Made by a program: the position numbers and the translations under genes
Source of the DNA: Cenococcum geophilum
Taxonomy: Eukaryota
Direction: 5' to 3'
Assembly: GCA_050273025.1 (NCBI GenBank)
Contig: CP158635.1
Coordinates: 31,806,001-31,870,000, forward strand
DNA: 64,000 bases
In this document: piece after piece, positions 24,148 to 37,146 of the stretch
Numbering within the stretch: the stretch's first letter is position 1
Layout of the letters: the number at the start of each line of letters is the position of its first letter
Notes under the pieces: generated by a model
Told to the model about the DNA's origin: nothing
What the model saw: the letters and a program-made list of their open reading frames with translations, nothing else
Databases searched by the model: none

Positions 24148-27100
24148 TCAATCACTCCTCCCACCAGCCTTGACGACAATCACACTAGCCAAGACCTTGC
24201 TCTGATAAACCCGTTCCGCCAGAACCCCCAAAGCAGCCACAGCGCCCGAGTCCACAGCCTTCGCGTCTTCGCCATCGATCCTCTTTTTCGAGACCGGCCG
24301 CCTGTCTACGTTCCGGCCCAGCACCACCAGATCTCCAGCATTCTTGGGTGTTTGCCCGACCTCCGTAGCAGCTCTCTCAAGCACGTCTTCCACAGGCGCG
24401 GTCGAAGCGACCGACTCGAAAACAACACGCGAGGCGAGATCCGCAGGGAGCGAGGCACGCAGCGCAGCGAAGAACGCCGTGTCGTGCTCGCGTGGGTTCC
24501 GCGCCGTCGAGACGGTGGCAGTTGCGTTTTTACCGCCGCTCACGCCTGAAATAGGAGTCTGTATCTTGGTCAAGCTCAACTCGGCCTCATTGAAGAGATC
24601 ATCTGGGACTTCGTAGTGAACCAGCGTAGCCGTGACTTCAGTGTTTTCCGCCAGCTGGAGGACGAGACGCAAGGCGGCGCGGTCGTCTGAGCCGCCGAAG
24701 AAAGGGAGGAATATATGGTGCGAGCGATCGGCGATAGGTGCTACGGGAGGGTTGCCGAGGCCGCTGTGGATGCTAATGCCACTGTACGTTCTCTGGGGTC
24801 GAGGCCTTTCCTTCCCCATGCTATTGGTGCCTCCAAAGTTCTTGTTGATAAATATACCGGTTGTACAAGTTGTATTTTCAAGGGCTGAGTGAACAAAAGA
24901 TGTATAGGAGGCTGTGGCTAGCTTGTGAGTCACGCTGTCATTGTCGATAACACCTTGTTCGCTTAAGCTGCCTGTCTCACTCCATGGCAGAAGGACGAAG
25001 TCAGATCCCGAATCCGCAGCTCGTGTTATGAGGATTTCCGCAAACGAGGTTTCGGGAACCACGGTTACTTCGCCGCTTACAGCAAGGTTATGGAGACGGC
25101 CAAAAGTGCGGAAAGTGTTAACGATAGGATCGTGGGCGGTGTAGGCGTCGATCTCGGAGACTTTCATTACAGAAGAGGAACGCTCTGTGAGTTCTAGTAA
25201 CCTCACACCATGAGCTTCAATTGGCCGCTTGGGTTTCCCAATACTCGTGTTTAATTCCCCGGATTCTTCGGATCCTTTAGACAAAGTCGAAGCCGGATCA
25301 AGTAGAGGGTGCGTCTTAGCAGCAATTTTTTGAGGATTGCCACTAAGTAGGGAGACGAAGGCAAGTAGCGTTGGCATATTATCCAAGCGCAGATAGACCA
25401 GCAGACGATGTATCCTTTGACTTTCCAGCTTTTCGTAAGAAATGCTGTCATGAGAAATGTCATCATGTCCTCCCAGAGGCTTGCCGGTGTCCCAATCGAT
25501 TTCACCCCGTTTCCAGGCTTCTAGCTTTTTCTGATACCACGGGGGATAGAGAGCTGATGTGAGTGGTGTAGTAGCAAAGGTCGTAACTAGCGCCATAACG
25601 ACGAAGATAGTAAATGTTCGCGTGCTCAGGATCTTCGCTTGAAGGCCGATGTTCTGAGTATTATTAGTAGCTAGTTCACCATGTAGACGAGAAGCGAATC
25701 TTACCAAAACGATCAATTCCACCAAACCTTTGCAACTCATCAATGAACCAATCGTGAAGCACTCTCTCCAGACCAATCCATTCACCCGGGCAGCCAAGAT
25801 AGCACCAAGAAATTTCCCTGAAAACGCTACTGCGATGACTCCAATAACATAGCCCCAGACAATGCCACTGTCTAGGAGTCCAAGATTCGTGTCCAGCCCG
25901 GACAATGCGAAATAGAGGGGCAAAAATAGCGTAGAGATAAGATCTTCCACCTTTTCCGTGACCTTGATAGCAAATCCTCCTTCATGAGGACAGATTAGAC
26001 CAGCCATAAAGGCACCAAAAATCGGATGCACCCCAATAACTCCTGTAAAGAATGCTGATGCGAGAGCGATAAGGAGAGTGAGCGCAACAACACCTTGGCT
26101 AGGTCCATCCTGAAGACTACGGGTTCTTCTCAAAACCCACATGAAAGCAGGACGAACAGCATATACAAGGAAGAGGACATAGCCCACGCATGTTAGGAGC
26201 ACCCAAAGGGCTGTAAGGCCAGTCCCTGCGTTGACGAGAGCTACACAAAGAGCGAGTAGAATCCAGCCTGGTCAAAAATCGTTAGGGTCGGGAACCTGCA
26301 TGGTGTGTGATTCTCCGTGAAGCAAAACTCACCTACAACATCATTCCCGACACCGGCTGACAGAACGATGATACCAACAGGAGTCATCAATAATTTCAGC
26401 TCGGTGAGAATTCTGCACAATACAGGAAAGGCCTAAGGCGGTCAGAAGGGTACAACGCAAGTACGATGCCATTGTAATAATAAGCAAAGCAGAACCAAAT
26501 TGAGTTGGACATACCGTAATTGCCATCGCAACACCAATAAATAGCATGTACACGCCGAAGCTGATCGAGACTGTCCCCGGTTCACCTTTGAATTGATTGT
26601 ATAATCCCCAGGCAATCGCACAGCCCAAACCAAATGGCACCACCATACTAGCAAAGCCTACACTCAACGCAATTCTCCAATTGCTCACCAAGTATCTCAG
26701 GTCTACTTCTAGTCCCACAAGGAACAAGAATAACATAAGGCCAAGATTAGCGACCAGGGCGAGATTCGGCATTGCTGCGGCGGGAAATATAGCAGCCGTG
26801 AAGCCAGGGATATGGCCCATGACGGAGGGACCGAGAAGGATTCCCCCAATGACTTCGGCGATAACACGAGGTTGGCGTAGCTTGGAGAGTGGATAATGGA
26901 GCAAGCGGCAGAATATTATAATGATACCAGCCTAGAATGGTAAATTGAGTCAGTGGCCGTTGCAACATAAATCTTGTGTAGCAATATTTTACCTGTATAA
27001 TGAATATGATAATGGGGTTCTTCGGGTCATAGGTGGATGGATTCGCGCCCTCAAGGATTCCACCTTGGGGGGGGGCTTTGGTCTTGCTCGTTGCTGTTGC

Positions 27101-27166
27101 CGTCGCCGCTGATACCGTCTTAGTTACGACGGCGGTCACGGTCCGCACAGCTGCTGAGGACGCCAT
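24148..27166 (-). CDS. KHA1: K+/H+ antiporter (CPA2 family, Kha1-like), ~919 aa
   Basis: GT-AG exons 27166-26993, 26931-26515, 26432-26333, 26267-25705 and 25653-24148 join in frame (2760 nt). Motifs [55 protein letters not shown]. Confidence 0.93.
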
Positions 27167-27722
27167 TGCGGGTGGCTCGGTGGCTCGGTGGCTCGATGGA
27201 GTCCAGCAACTACTCTGGAGAGGAGGAAGGTCGATACAATCCCACGAAGTAAGACGCCGATCTATATAGAAATGCCCGAACCCAGTGCCACAGGCATGTA
27301 AGCGCAGGCAAGGATAGCTAGAAACAGCAACGTGATCCAACCACAGGCAGGGGTCTCAAGGCTCCAAGCCTGGGCTTCCACGCTCTGATACGTGGGTTGC
27401 GGGGTTAGCCCGCCAAGGCCCGGGGATGGCATCAGCATTGAACCTGCTCCCCGGGTCCATGTGATGAGGTACGGCGCCGAAAAAGAGCCCTTGAGGCGGG
27501 CTGCTTTGCTGTGAGAGCTCACCGCTGCTGGGACCATGCTGCAAATGAGCTCTCGCACGGGCGTTTTGTCAAACAATAAGGCGTTCGGGGCGTTCGGGGC
27601 GTTCGTGGCTGACGAACCACCAATGGCGACTTAACGGGTGGGTCATTCCTTTGTTTCTTTCTACCCACCATAACATATCGCATGATGAAACTACTGACGT
27701 AGGTGATAGGATTATGACGGCC

Positions 27723-27816
27723 TTCCTGATACAGATGGAACACCGAAATACTGCCAAATGCCTCAACGGCTACTTCTGAGGCATTTGGCAGTATTTCGTT
27801 CCATCTATATCAGAAA
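27723..27816. other. Long inverted repeat / stem-loop
   Basis: Perfect 22-bp arms at 27744-27765 and 27777-27798 with an 11-nt loop. The stem extends ~15-18 bp further past a 3-nt bulge. Confidence 0.85.
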
Positions 27817-27850
27817 CTTTCTCTACATCGCCCTTCTCCGCAGCAACTTT

Positions 27851-30570
27851 TCACTCATCGCTATCTTTGGTGTTGAAGCCTGTGCCCTTTACGCCTTTCA
27901 GCCCGCGTTTCATCCTGAAATATGTACAACCGCAGTGCCACCACCCAATATATACACCAAGAATTAAAAACAAGAATAGAATCAGGAAAAATAGCGCTGT
28001 GCCAACTGCGCCGTAAATAAGAACGTGATGATGTCTCTTGGAGCTCCGGAGTCGCCCCCCACTTGGCACAGTTGGGGGCGTCACCGGAGGCTCATGTCGC
28101 GTATCACCAGACGCAGGGCTGGGTGGTGCATCCCCGGTAGTCCAGTTTACAGGCTCAGAGCCAAGGACAAACTCCATCATGCCACCGTTTTCGAAGACAT
28201 CAGACCATGACACCCAAGGCTTGTTCCAAGGCTGTCCGTTGACTTTAAGGCTTTGGACATAATATGCCAAGACATCGTCACCACCAGTAGATGTAATTTT
28301 GAGATTCTTGCCAGTCCCTAGGTTTATAGTCATCTCCTGGAAGGCCGGAGACCCGATCAGGAATGTTGTCTGTCCGGTCAGGGGATAGAGTCCAACCATA
28401 TTCCACAGAATCCAAGTTTGCATGGCGCCTGCATCGCTATTTCCAGGAAGACCACTGGTACCGGAATTATAGTAAGAACTCGCAACATATTTTGAGTGCC
28501 TAACCGAAAGGTCCTGGCGTCCGACAAAGTTGTACAGGTATGGTGTGGTAAAGCTTGGCTCGTTCCCAGGATTGAAGATGGTGTTGTTGAATTGTGAATT
28601 TCCGCTAACCATTCCACCCTTAAACATGAGCTCGATTCTGTCAATAAAGCGGTCGTTTCCGCCGATATAATCTATCAAGGTAGCCACGTCGTGATGAGCA
28701 TTCATGGAGTATTCCCATGGAAGACCCTCGTAGTACGCATCACCCCAGTAGCAACCACCGCAAGACAAAGGATCTTGGGTAACAAAGGACCCGTCCGCTA
28801 AACGGGGAACGACGAATCCATTATGGCCATTGCTAGTGGCTTTTGGGTTCCAGTGATTGCGCCAGTTGCGTGATCGATTGAGATATTTGTTAGCATCAGC
28901 CGTTTTGCCCAGGCCTTTTGCAACTTGGTAGAGTGCAAAATCATTGGCGGAATACTCGACTGCTCTAGAAACTGCTCGGCTAAAGGTAGGGGTGATGTAT
29001 CCATATCTTAGCCAGTCCGGCAAGGCTCCTCGTCCATCTTTCGTAGATGAATCAGGCGCTTTAGGGTCATTGTTGTTTGGGGGAACTTTCTCCGCGTCTG
29101 TCACCATAGCCGAATAGCCATCTTCCCAGTTGACTGCACCACGAACCCCTTTGACATATGCATCTGCAAGAACATTATCGGCATTCGAACCACCTTGAGT
29201 ACGACCGTTGTAGTTAGAAGATCGAGCATCTGGAAGCCAGCCGTCACGTCTCCATATATCAATCAAAGAACGGATCTGTTCTTCGTATGCAACAGGCTGT
29301 AAGACTTGCATGAGGGCTGTGGAACATCGAAACAGATCCCAGAAGGTGAATATATCATCATAGTATGGTTCTTTGGAAACCCAGCCCGGATTTTCGCCTG
29401 TCCTATTAGATGGAATTATATGCATACCATAGAGATTCGAGTATAGCATTTCCAGGTCGGAAGTACTGGTAGAGGATATCGTGACCTTGGAAAATACCCC
29501 ACTGTTCCATTTTGTCTTGGCATTCTGCACTAATGTCTGGAGGCTTACTGTTGCGGAGATTTCGTCATCGAGCGATTGACATGCTTTTGTGGATGAGATG
29601 AAGGAAATCCCAACTCTCGAGGTTACAGTTGTCTCTACAAAGGTGAAAACACCACCTTGGCGGTACGTGCCTGAGGTCCAGACTCCATTTTGGCTGGCGT
29701 AAGTACTTAGAGCAGTATTAGTACCTGTAAAAGTCTTCATTGAAAGTGGCTTTTGTCCGAATTTTCCGCAGAAATAGATGGTCCAATTTGGAGCTACAAA
29801 ATTTAGCAGGAATTCGACAGAGTGCTAGAAGACCTACTTACCGAGGTTCCAACCATTGTTGTAGGTACCTGAACCCTCGTAATGCCCGTCGGCAAACGTG
29901 CTGAAACTACCGCCAGCATACCCTTGACCCCATCCCAATCCTCTGTATGAGGGTAGGACATGAGAGACATCGACAACTATAGAAGTGGAATTGCTTTCTG
30001 GGAATGAGTACTGGTAGAAGCCCGCATGCTCGGTGGCTGCAAGCTCAGTGACGACTCCATTCGCTAATGAGGATTTATAGTAGCCAACCTCAGCCTGATC
30101 TGCGGATACTCTACCGGAAGAAAGATCAACGAGTGGGTTGGCAACGTCGCCAACCACTGGCATTTGGGAGACCACTCCATACTTGGGGGCACCGCCCGTG
30201 CCTGATTCGTGCATCATACTAAATCCTGTAAACGAGCCACTCGGAAGATATCCGGAATAAGCGTCGGTCATCCCTGATGATACGTCGGGCCCTAGTTTGA
30301 CCATGGCAAATGGACCTAGTAGTCTGATTAAATCACATGTTGCGTGGAGATCATGTGTTCATTTGCATGGTCTTACCTGCTACAACGCCTGGGAACATAT
30401 TGCCTCCACCAGCAGTACCCTCGCTAAATAAAATGCATGAGTAATAAAACTTGAGAAGATAGAAAGACATACAAGAGATTAACATATTGAGAATAATCTA
30501 TATCCGCGATGGTAAGATCTGCGAGAACAAGAACCGCCAATATTTTCCACAACGTTTTTACCACCGCCAT
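27851..30570 (-). CDS. Glycoside hydrolase family 92 (putative alpha-1,2-mannosidase), signal peptide plus C-terminal TM helix, ~853 aa
   Basis: Exons 30570-30473, 30423-30377, 30315-29842 and 29793-27851 (2562 nt, in frame). GH92 motifs YVNLFEGT, PFAMVKLGPD, HESGTGG, WDLFR, TQGGSNAD, GNEPSF, GNSDAGAM. Confidence 0.93.
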
Positions 30571-32144
30571 ATTGAAAAGAAAAGAATGAATAAGAATATT
30601 GGAAACGATCTAAAAATGCGCGGCCGTTAATTAGTTATCGTAGAACGGTGCAGGAGTAGGATGTACCTTCATAGATCTAGCACCGAGAAACATTTTTACG
30701 ATGTGGGGATGCATACTACCTTTTATCCAGCTGAAGAAGACCAGAGCAACATCGATGTCAGCGCAGCAAACCCTCAGCAGACATACTTCGCAGTGCACAT
30801 ATGACCCACCAATGAGCGAAGAAAGTCAGAGCATGATTGAGGCTTCCGATCAGACGGTGCCATAAGACCATACCTCCGCAGATCTAGCATGGGAGCATAT
30901 CAACTCCAAGCAAGACTCAGTGTAGAGCTTAGGGGAAATTCAGACAGCCAAATCCCTAGAGTTGTTAAGCTGCAAACTACTAAGGAGGGGTTAGTGGGGC
31001 TAAGAACCGGTCATAGAAATTAGAGTTAAGTTTCGCCAAGAGTGGAGAGGAAAGTTTACCAATCTGAGTGATTGTATATGACCGAAAAGCCATGTGAAGG
31101 GAAAACAAAACTTATTGGCCATTGACAGTGACATGCCAGCGTTGCTGGAGTGGAAGATAAGTACCAAGCCAAAAGCTTGGAATTCAGAAGTAGACCCGAC
31201 AGCAGTATAACGAGCTCAACTTGAAAGATGAATGGGGGGCATCTGCGCATCTTGTTGAATGCTGGAAAGGTGTAATAATCCCGAAATGATCGACGGGCTT
31301 TACAGCTGAACTGTATTTTACGACTTTCACTACCTGTAAATGACATTTCCGCGGAATCATGCCGGACTCATCCACCACAAATGAGAATATTACGGAGGAG
31401 TAGAACGTGTAAAAGTTAGATTTAGAACCAGTTTTCGAAAGAAAGGCCAAGATCGAAAAGTTGATAGAAACGCATTTTCAGTTCTTTGAGTGCTTGTATC
31501 AGAACCAATCAGAACACGGAAGTGAGCACGAGCGCAAAACTTGAAGATTCGAATAGCATTGCACCAATTACTGTGGGGCAGACTTCTGAAGAAGTAAATT
31601 AATATGTATGTCCACACCACACGACTCCGATGTCTTTGGGATGATTGGTACCAAGACCTTGCCTGAATCCTAGAGAAAAGTTGTCAACTGCCAACTTGCA
31701 TTGCGCTCGTGATGATCAGCTCGAGAACCGAGAGCTGGACTAACGGATCTTATCCTAGACTTATCAGATTCCCTTAAGATTAGTAAAACTCAGAAGAAAC
31801 ATAAAATCAGATCATTGATAAAATCATAAGGACATCCATGGAAGGTTACATTGAAATAATGCCAGTTTGTTGTAACAGCACCCAGGTTCCAGTCATTTCA
31901 AATACATCGTTTGAAGATTTGAAGCGCTCTCATCCACGAGAAGAACTCGATTTCAACAGAGTTGGAAAGATACTCGTGATTTAGATGTTCCAGAACTGTT
32001 TAGTGGCCTTGTGAGCTTATCTGCATCTTACCTTGCTAGCAGGATTTGTATCCTATGCTAATCTCCACCAACGTTATTCAAATCTGCAACTTTATTGCCT
32101 CCAACCGCATTGGTTCTGCAGTTAACTACTATATATTGTATAAC

Positions 32145-32656
32145 TTATCTCTTACTCCAACCCTCTAGATTTTCGACAATAGGATTGCGACCACTGCGTG
32201 TAATGATCCACAAGACATTCTCATCACTTTCGTTGACTTTTTGATGCTTAGTATAGGTAGGGTATAAGAGCGGGGCCGCCGGGACTCAATTCTTGTCTCT
32301 TTGAACCATTCGGACCGCTGACGATAACTCCATGACCTTGAGCGGCATTACGATGGTGTCTGAACTTCGTCAGGTTGGGCTCTGCAGCACTGTGCAGGAT
32401 AGGATCGGTGCAATTATGGTAGAGGTTGTTTCTCGTAAGTCAGAAATAATACCTTCTTCGCCAAGGTGATGGATTGCAGACGCCCCAAAGATTAGCTCCA
32501 GGTTCCTGAAAACATTGACTTCTCGTTTCACTTACCGGTTCCACGCATTTGTTCTGACATGTCGGTGATGGCGTTCATCCTGATCATGCCTTCGGTCTGA
32601 GCACTACTGGGAGCGTTGATCTCAGAAGCCTTCTTGAATTGAACTTCACCGGGCAT
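32145..32656 (-). pseudogene. Frameshifted RmlC-like cupin gene remnant
   Basis: Pieces MPGEVQF...QTEGMIRMNAI, ASAI/HHLGEE, AAQGHGVIVSG...ELSPG and KHQKVNESDENVLWIITRSGRNPIVENLEGW resemble small fungal cupins. They need about three frameshifts to join. Confidence 0.7.
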
Positions 32657-33384
32657 TGTGGGGTCCTGATTTGTGGCAAAAGAGATCGAAACGGGACTAT
32701 CAGGCCAAGAGATTTCTTACACTGGCGGAATAGCTAGTTAGAGAGGATTTTTGGTTAGTTTACGAGCAGACGGGTGAAGATCATCGAGATTATGTTGTGG
32801 TGCCGATGTTATTGGGAGTTAGCCATGTTATCATCTTGTGATTCCACAACGCCAGAACGCAGCTCTCCGACCAGAGGTAGATGTCTACTCATTCTAAAAG
32901 TATCGCATTACCCGAATTGGTTTGCGGCGTTTAAGGAGGATCTTTGAAGATTTGACAGGTGTTAACGTCCATAAGGTCGGAGTGGTTTGCTGCAACAGGA
33001 CTCCTCGGGCTTGTGGAGGTTCCAAAGTGGGCACGTGCCACAACTGGAAATGCCTCGGTCCATGCAAGGATAGCGCCCAGTGACGTCTCAGTCTCGAATT
33101 TGAAGAAACTGGTGTTTCTACGTCTTTGCTGCGAATTAACCAATAACGGCGGTGATGCAGCTCTTAGCAGGTTATCGTGTCACCGTCCTGTGAACCACAA
33201 AAGCCCCCACCGCCTGCGGCTCCAAGATAAGTCAGGTGTATGGGGGTTAAGCCGCCAGCATGTGAAAGCGTTGCGGCAATGCTGTATTAATCCAGTCAGC
33301 TGCCATTCATTGTCTTCGCCTAGTAACTCTCTTTTGCTCTTATTTGACTTCCCTTTATATCTTCATATTCTAGTTCTGCCGAAA

Positions 33385-35260
33385 ATGTCACAGAGATTAT
33401 CTACTGCCGACGTGGCGTCGCACAACAAGGCCGACAATCTCTGGATTATAGTGGATGAGGACGTCTACGACCTGACGAAATTCCAGGACGAGCATCCTGG
33501 CGGCAAGAAAAGTGAGAATAACTATACACTCCATTCGCGAATTGTATTGATCCGATGCTAGTTCTCCAGCGGGTTGCTGGCAAAGACGCCTCAGAGCAGT
33601 TCTGGAAGCACCACAATGAGAGCACTCTCAAAAAGTACCAGAAGCAGCTCCAGGTTGGCTCTCTAGACTCAAAAGCCGCCCCTCCAACTCCTTCGGCCAC
33701 TCTTACGGCGAGTAAGGAAATCGTAAAGCCGTCAGCAAAGCATGGTGTCGTTGTGCCCCAACCGGGACTTACCGCAGAGGAAAAGGCAGAAGCATTAGAT
33801 CAATACGGAGACCTCGTTCCATACGCCGATCCGTCATGGTATCAATCTGTAAGTCTCAATTTACTTTTTTACCACAACATGCGTCTTCTGACCCTGACAC
33901 GTCAATTCCCTAGTATCACTCTCCCTACTTTAACCAATCCCACGCCGATCTCCGCGCCGAAGTCCGACAATGGGTCGAAGAAGACATCATGCCAAACGTC
34001 ACGGAATGGGAAGAGAATAAGAAGGTCCCCGACAGCATCTACAAAGCCATGGGTGAGCGGGGATATCTTGCCGGTCTGATTGGCGTCCACTATCCCACAC
34101 ACTTGACAAAATACCGCGTGCAGAGCGTTCCTCTGGAGAAGTGGGACCTCTTCCACGAGGTGGTGCTCACCGATGAGATTTCGCGCGCTGGTAGCGGAGG
34201 TCTTGTCTGGAATCTGATCGGTGGTTTTAGTATCGGCTGCCCACCTCTTGTTAAGTTCGGCAAGAAGGAATTAGTTAAGCGCATTGTTCCGGATATTTTC
34301 AAGGGAGAGAAGCGCATCTGTCTTGCAATTACTGAGCCAGGTCAGTTTTTTGTTTTCCAATCTCAAAATAATATTACAGTTTTGCTGACATGTGATTAGA
34401 TGCGGGCAGCGATGTGGCGAATCTAACATGTGAAGCCAAGCTTTCCGAAGATGGCAAGCACTACATTGTTAACGGCGAAAAGAAATGGATTACCAACGGG
34501 ATTTGGTGTGACTACTTCACCACCGCCGTCCGTACCGGTGGCCCCGGCATGAATGGTGTCAGTGTTCTCCTCATTGAGCGCAGCGCCGGCGGCGTCTCCA
34601 CCCGCAAGATGGACTGCCAAGGCGTATGGAGTAGCGGAACAACCTACATCACCTTCGAGGACGTCAAGGTCCCTGTCGAGAACCTCATCGGCAAGGAAAA
34701 CCAAGGCTTCAAAGGTAAATGACACTACCATAATCTTCCGAAATACGGAGCATTGACCCTGCATAGTCATCATGACAAACTTCAACCACGAACGTATCGG
34801 TATAATAATCCAATGCCTACGCTTCTCTCGCGTTTGCTACGAAGAATCCATGAAATATGCCCACAAGCGCCGCACTTTTGGCAAAAAGCTCATCGACCAC
34901 CCTGTCATCCGGCTCAAGCTTGCACATATGGCGCGGCAGATCGAAGCTTCATACAACTGGCTTGAGAACCTCATCTACCAGTGTCAGAAGATGGATGAGA
35001 TGGAAGCCATGCTGAAGCTCGGAGGCGCCATTGCTAGTCTCAAGGCCCAGTCCACCACTACGTTTGAGTTCTGTGCCCGCGAGGCGTCCCAGATTTTTGG
35101 TGGTCTGAGTTACTCTCGCGGTGGACAGGGCGCGAAGGTCGAGAGGTTGTATAGGGATGTGAGGGCTTATGCGATCCCAGGTGGCAGTGAGGAGATTATG
35201 CTGGACTTGAGCATTAGGCAAGCGCTCAGGGTGCATAAGGTGCTAGGCATGAAGCTGTGA
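33385..35260 (+). CDS. Acyl-CoA dehydrogenase with N-terminal cytochrome b5-like domain, ~549 aa
   Basis: Exons 33385-33511, 33562-33848, 33914-34340, 34400-34714 and 34767-35260 (1650 nt, in frame). Cyt b5 motif VYDLTKFQDEHPGG; ACAD motifs CLAITEPDAGSDV, NGEKKWITNG, QIFGG, IPGGSEEIM. Confidence 0.94.
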
Positions 35261-36229
35261 AATGTATAATATTGTCGACCTGGTGCCGATCACTACCATA
35301 TTAGGGTTAGATCAGGGGTGCCTATGACTCGTCTATCATGTATATATAGCCTCATTTTCTTCGTAGATCAATCTTCACACGAGTTCTTCTTTCCTGAAAT
35401 TTGCGCACGGACCTCCGATTGACAAATATTCATGTTAACGTTTGGGTAGACCTGTTTATGGTTTATGGCTTTGTGTTAGGAAGGGGGGCTAGATCTAGAG
35501 AATTTATTACATAGTTTTGTTCTGAGTATGCTGGCGATGGATTGCTGTGGATGTTCCAATAGAAAATTTCGAGCAAATATTTACAACTACTTGGTTCAAA
35601 CGGTATACCACTGATCACATAACTGAGTTAAACGAAGTCGAACATCCTTTCAGAGACAAATGAAGACGTAAAGAAACCTGGAGCTCATATTCAAATGTAA
35701 TTAATGTTCTCTCCGACTGTAGTTCACTAGCCTCAACTAGAAAAGACGGGGTTAAGTGATTCAATCCTTCGTTTTTGTTGGACTTTCAAATTGGTGGTCT
35801 AGATTTCTAAAGCGGCTTGTCAGAATTTATTGCTGTCTGTGAAGGCATCGCATTTCTTGTCTATTGGAGCGGACAAGGCTCTTGTTGATGACATCGACAT
35901 CGACATCGCTAATAACCTGTAAGTTCTCTGGGAAGTTCAGATCTTCTACTGTCGACCAGAAATACCGGGTTAGGAACCAACTCGTGTGTAGATTGGTCTA
36001 CGAAGAATGAATATATATACAAGGCCAGGATACCCCTGATCTAGTCTCAATCTGGTAGACGACGATCAATGATCGGCGCTCAGTCAATAGGATCGTCAGC
36101 GCTGTGTATGCATAAGCTCTGGTGGAAGGCATTTGTTTTCATGACCTCATGGTTTTTTTTTTTGGATCCAGTAAGGTAGAAGCAGTCTTGATATAAAACT
36201 TGGTTTATATCCTACTCCTTTGTGGCAAC

Positions 36230-36830
36230 CTACAAGCGGAGTTCAACGCCATATAAAACGTCAGGCCGTTCGGTAATGGGTTTAAAAACCCCTCGTGTCA
36301 CTGGTCGCAATATTATAACTACCTGCGAGGTAGACTGCTCGTCCCAGGAAACTTGATCAACGCTGCTCCAGCAACGGCAATTATCATCAAAACGACCAAA
36401 AAAAAAGATCGAGATGCAAGAGTAGCCGAACCTGAACATGTCCGAATTCTAATCTTCCTCTACGTTCGTAGACAGCAATGTGAGCAATAAAGATACTCTG
36501 AGATACAAGCCGTGAAGGAGAGTGGATACTATGAGGAGCGGGATCGCATAGAGATATGGCAGCTGTAGGTAGTACGTTGAACATTGTAGGCCGCAGGGCT
36601 CAGTACTGTAACACGCAATAAAGCTGTGTGCACCATATGACATCCATTTTTTTCGAGAGAAACATGGAGGTGAACAAGGCGTTGTATATAAGGTAGAATA
36701 GAGAGACGAAAATTTGAGGAGCGTTGGCCAAGAAAATGGTTCGTAGGAGACTAGTCGACGGAATAAGGAGTGACACAAACCCGACGGGATGGAAGCGCGC
36801 TTCCACAGCTTCTTCAAACTTGTACCACAT
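36230..36830 (-). pseudogene. Frameshifted remnant of a conserved fungal multi-pass membrane protein (DUF6536-like family, by recall)
   Basis: Motifs LANAPQIFVSLFYLIYNALFTSM, P.GLQCSTYYLQLPYLYAIPL, GYSC and LAGSY occur in the expected order but in different frames, with shifts near homopolymer runs. Confidence 0.6.
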
Positions 36831-37146
36831 CCATTATTTGACATGAGGCTGAGACCAAGGAATGTGCTTCAATTAGGGAAAAAACGATCATATGATAAAC
36901 CTAGAAAACTTTCGCGCGACATAGCAGGTGAGGCTGGTGAATTTCCATTGCTACCATGAGGGGTCTTCAATTTAACTAGCCGGAGGTAAATCTGGAGAGG
37001 CTATTGGTATCCTGAGTCTGTGCCACAGACCCATTACTGGCCCGTGCCGAACATTTCTCCTGGCGCCAAAAATTTCGACACGTCCATTCTCGCGTCTTTC
37101 CAGGAGGTTTCCCCAGATTTTTCTTTCCTAGTAAAATTCCAACACA

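Noticed and set aside
31056..31620. Three overlapping minus-strand ORFs
   Set aside because: No motif or splice model that I can support.
32959..33384. N-terminal extension of the cyt b5/ACAD ORF
   Set aside because: Starts at a non-ATG codon with no protein-like features; the ATG at 33385 has good context and begins the b5 domain.
33385..35260. Cyt b5-ACAD fusion as a novelty
   Set aside because: A well-known, widespread fungal architecture.
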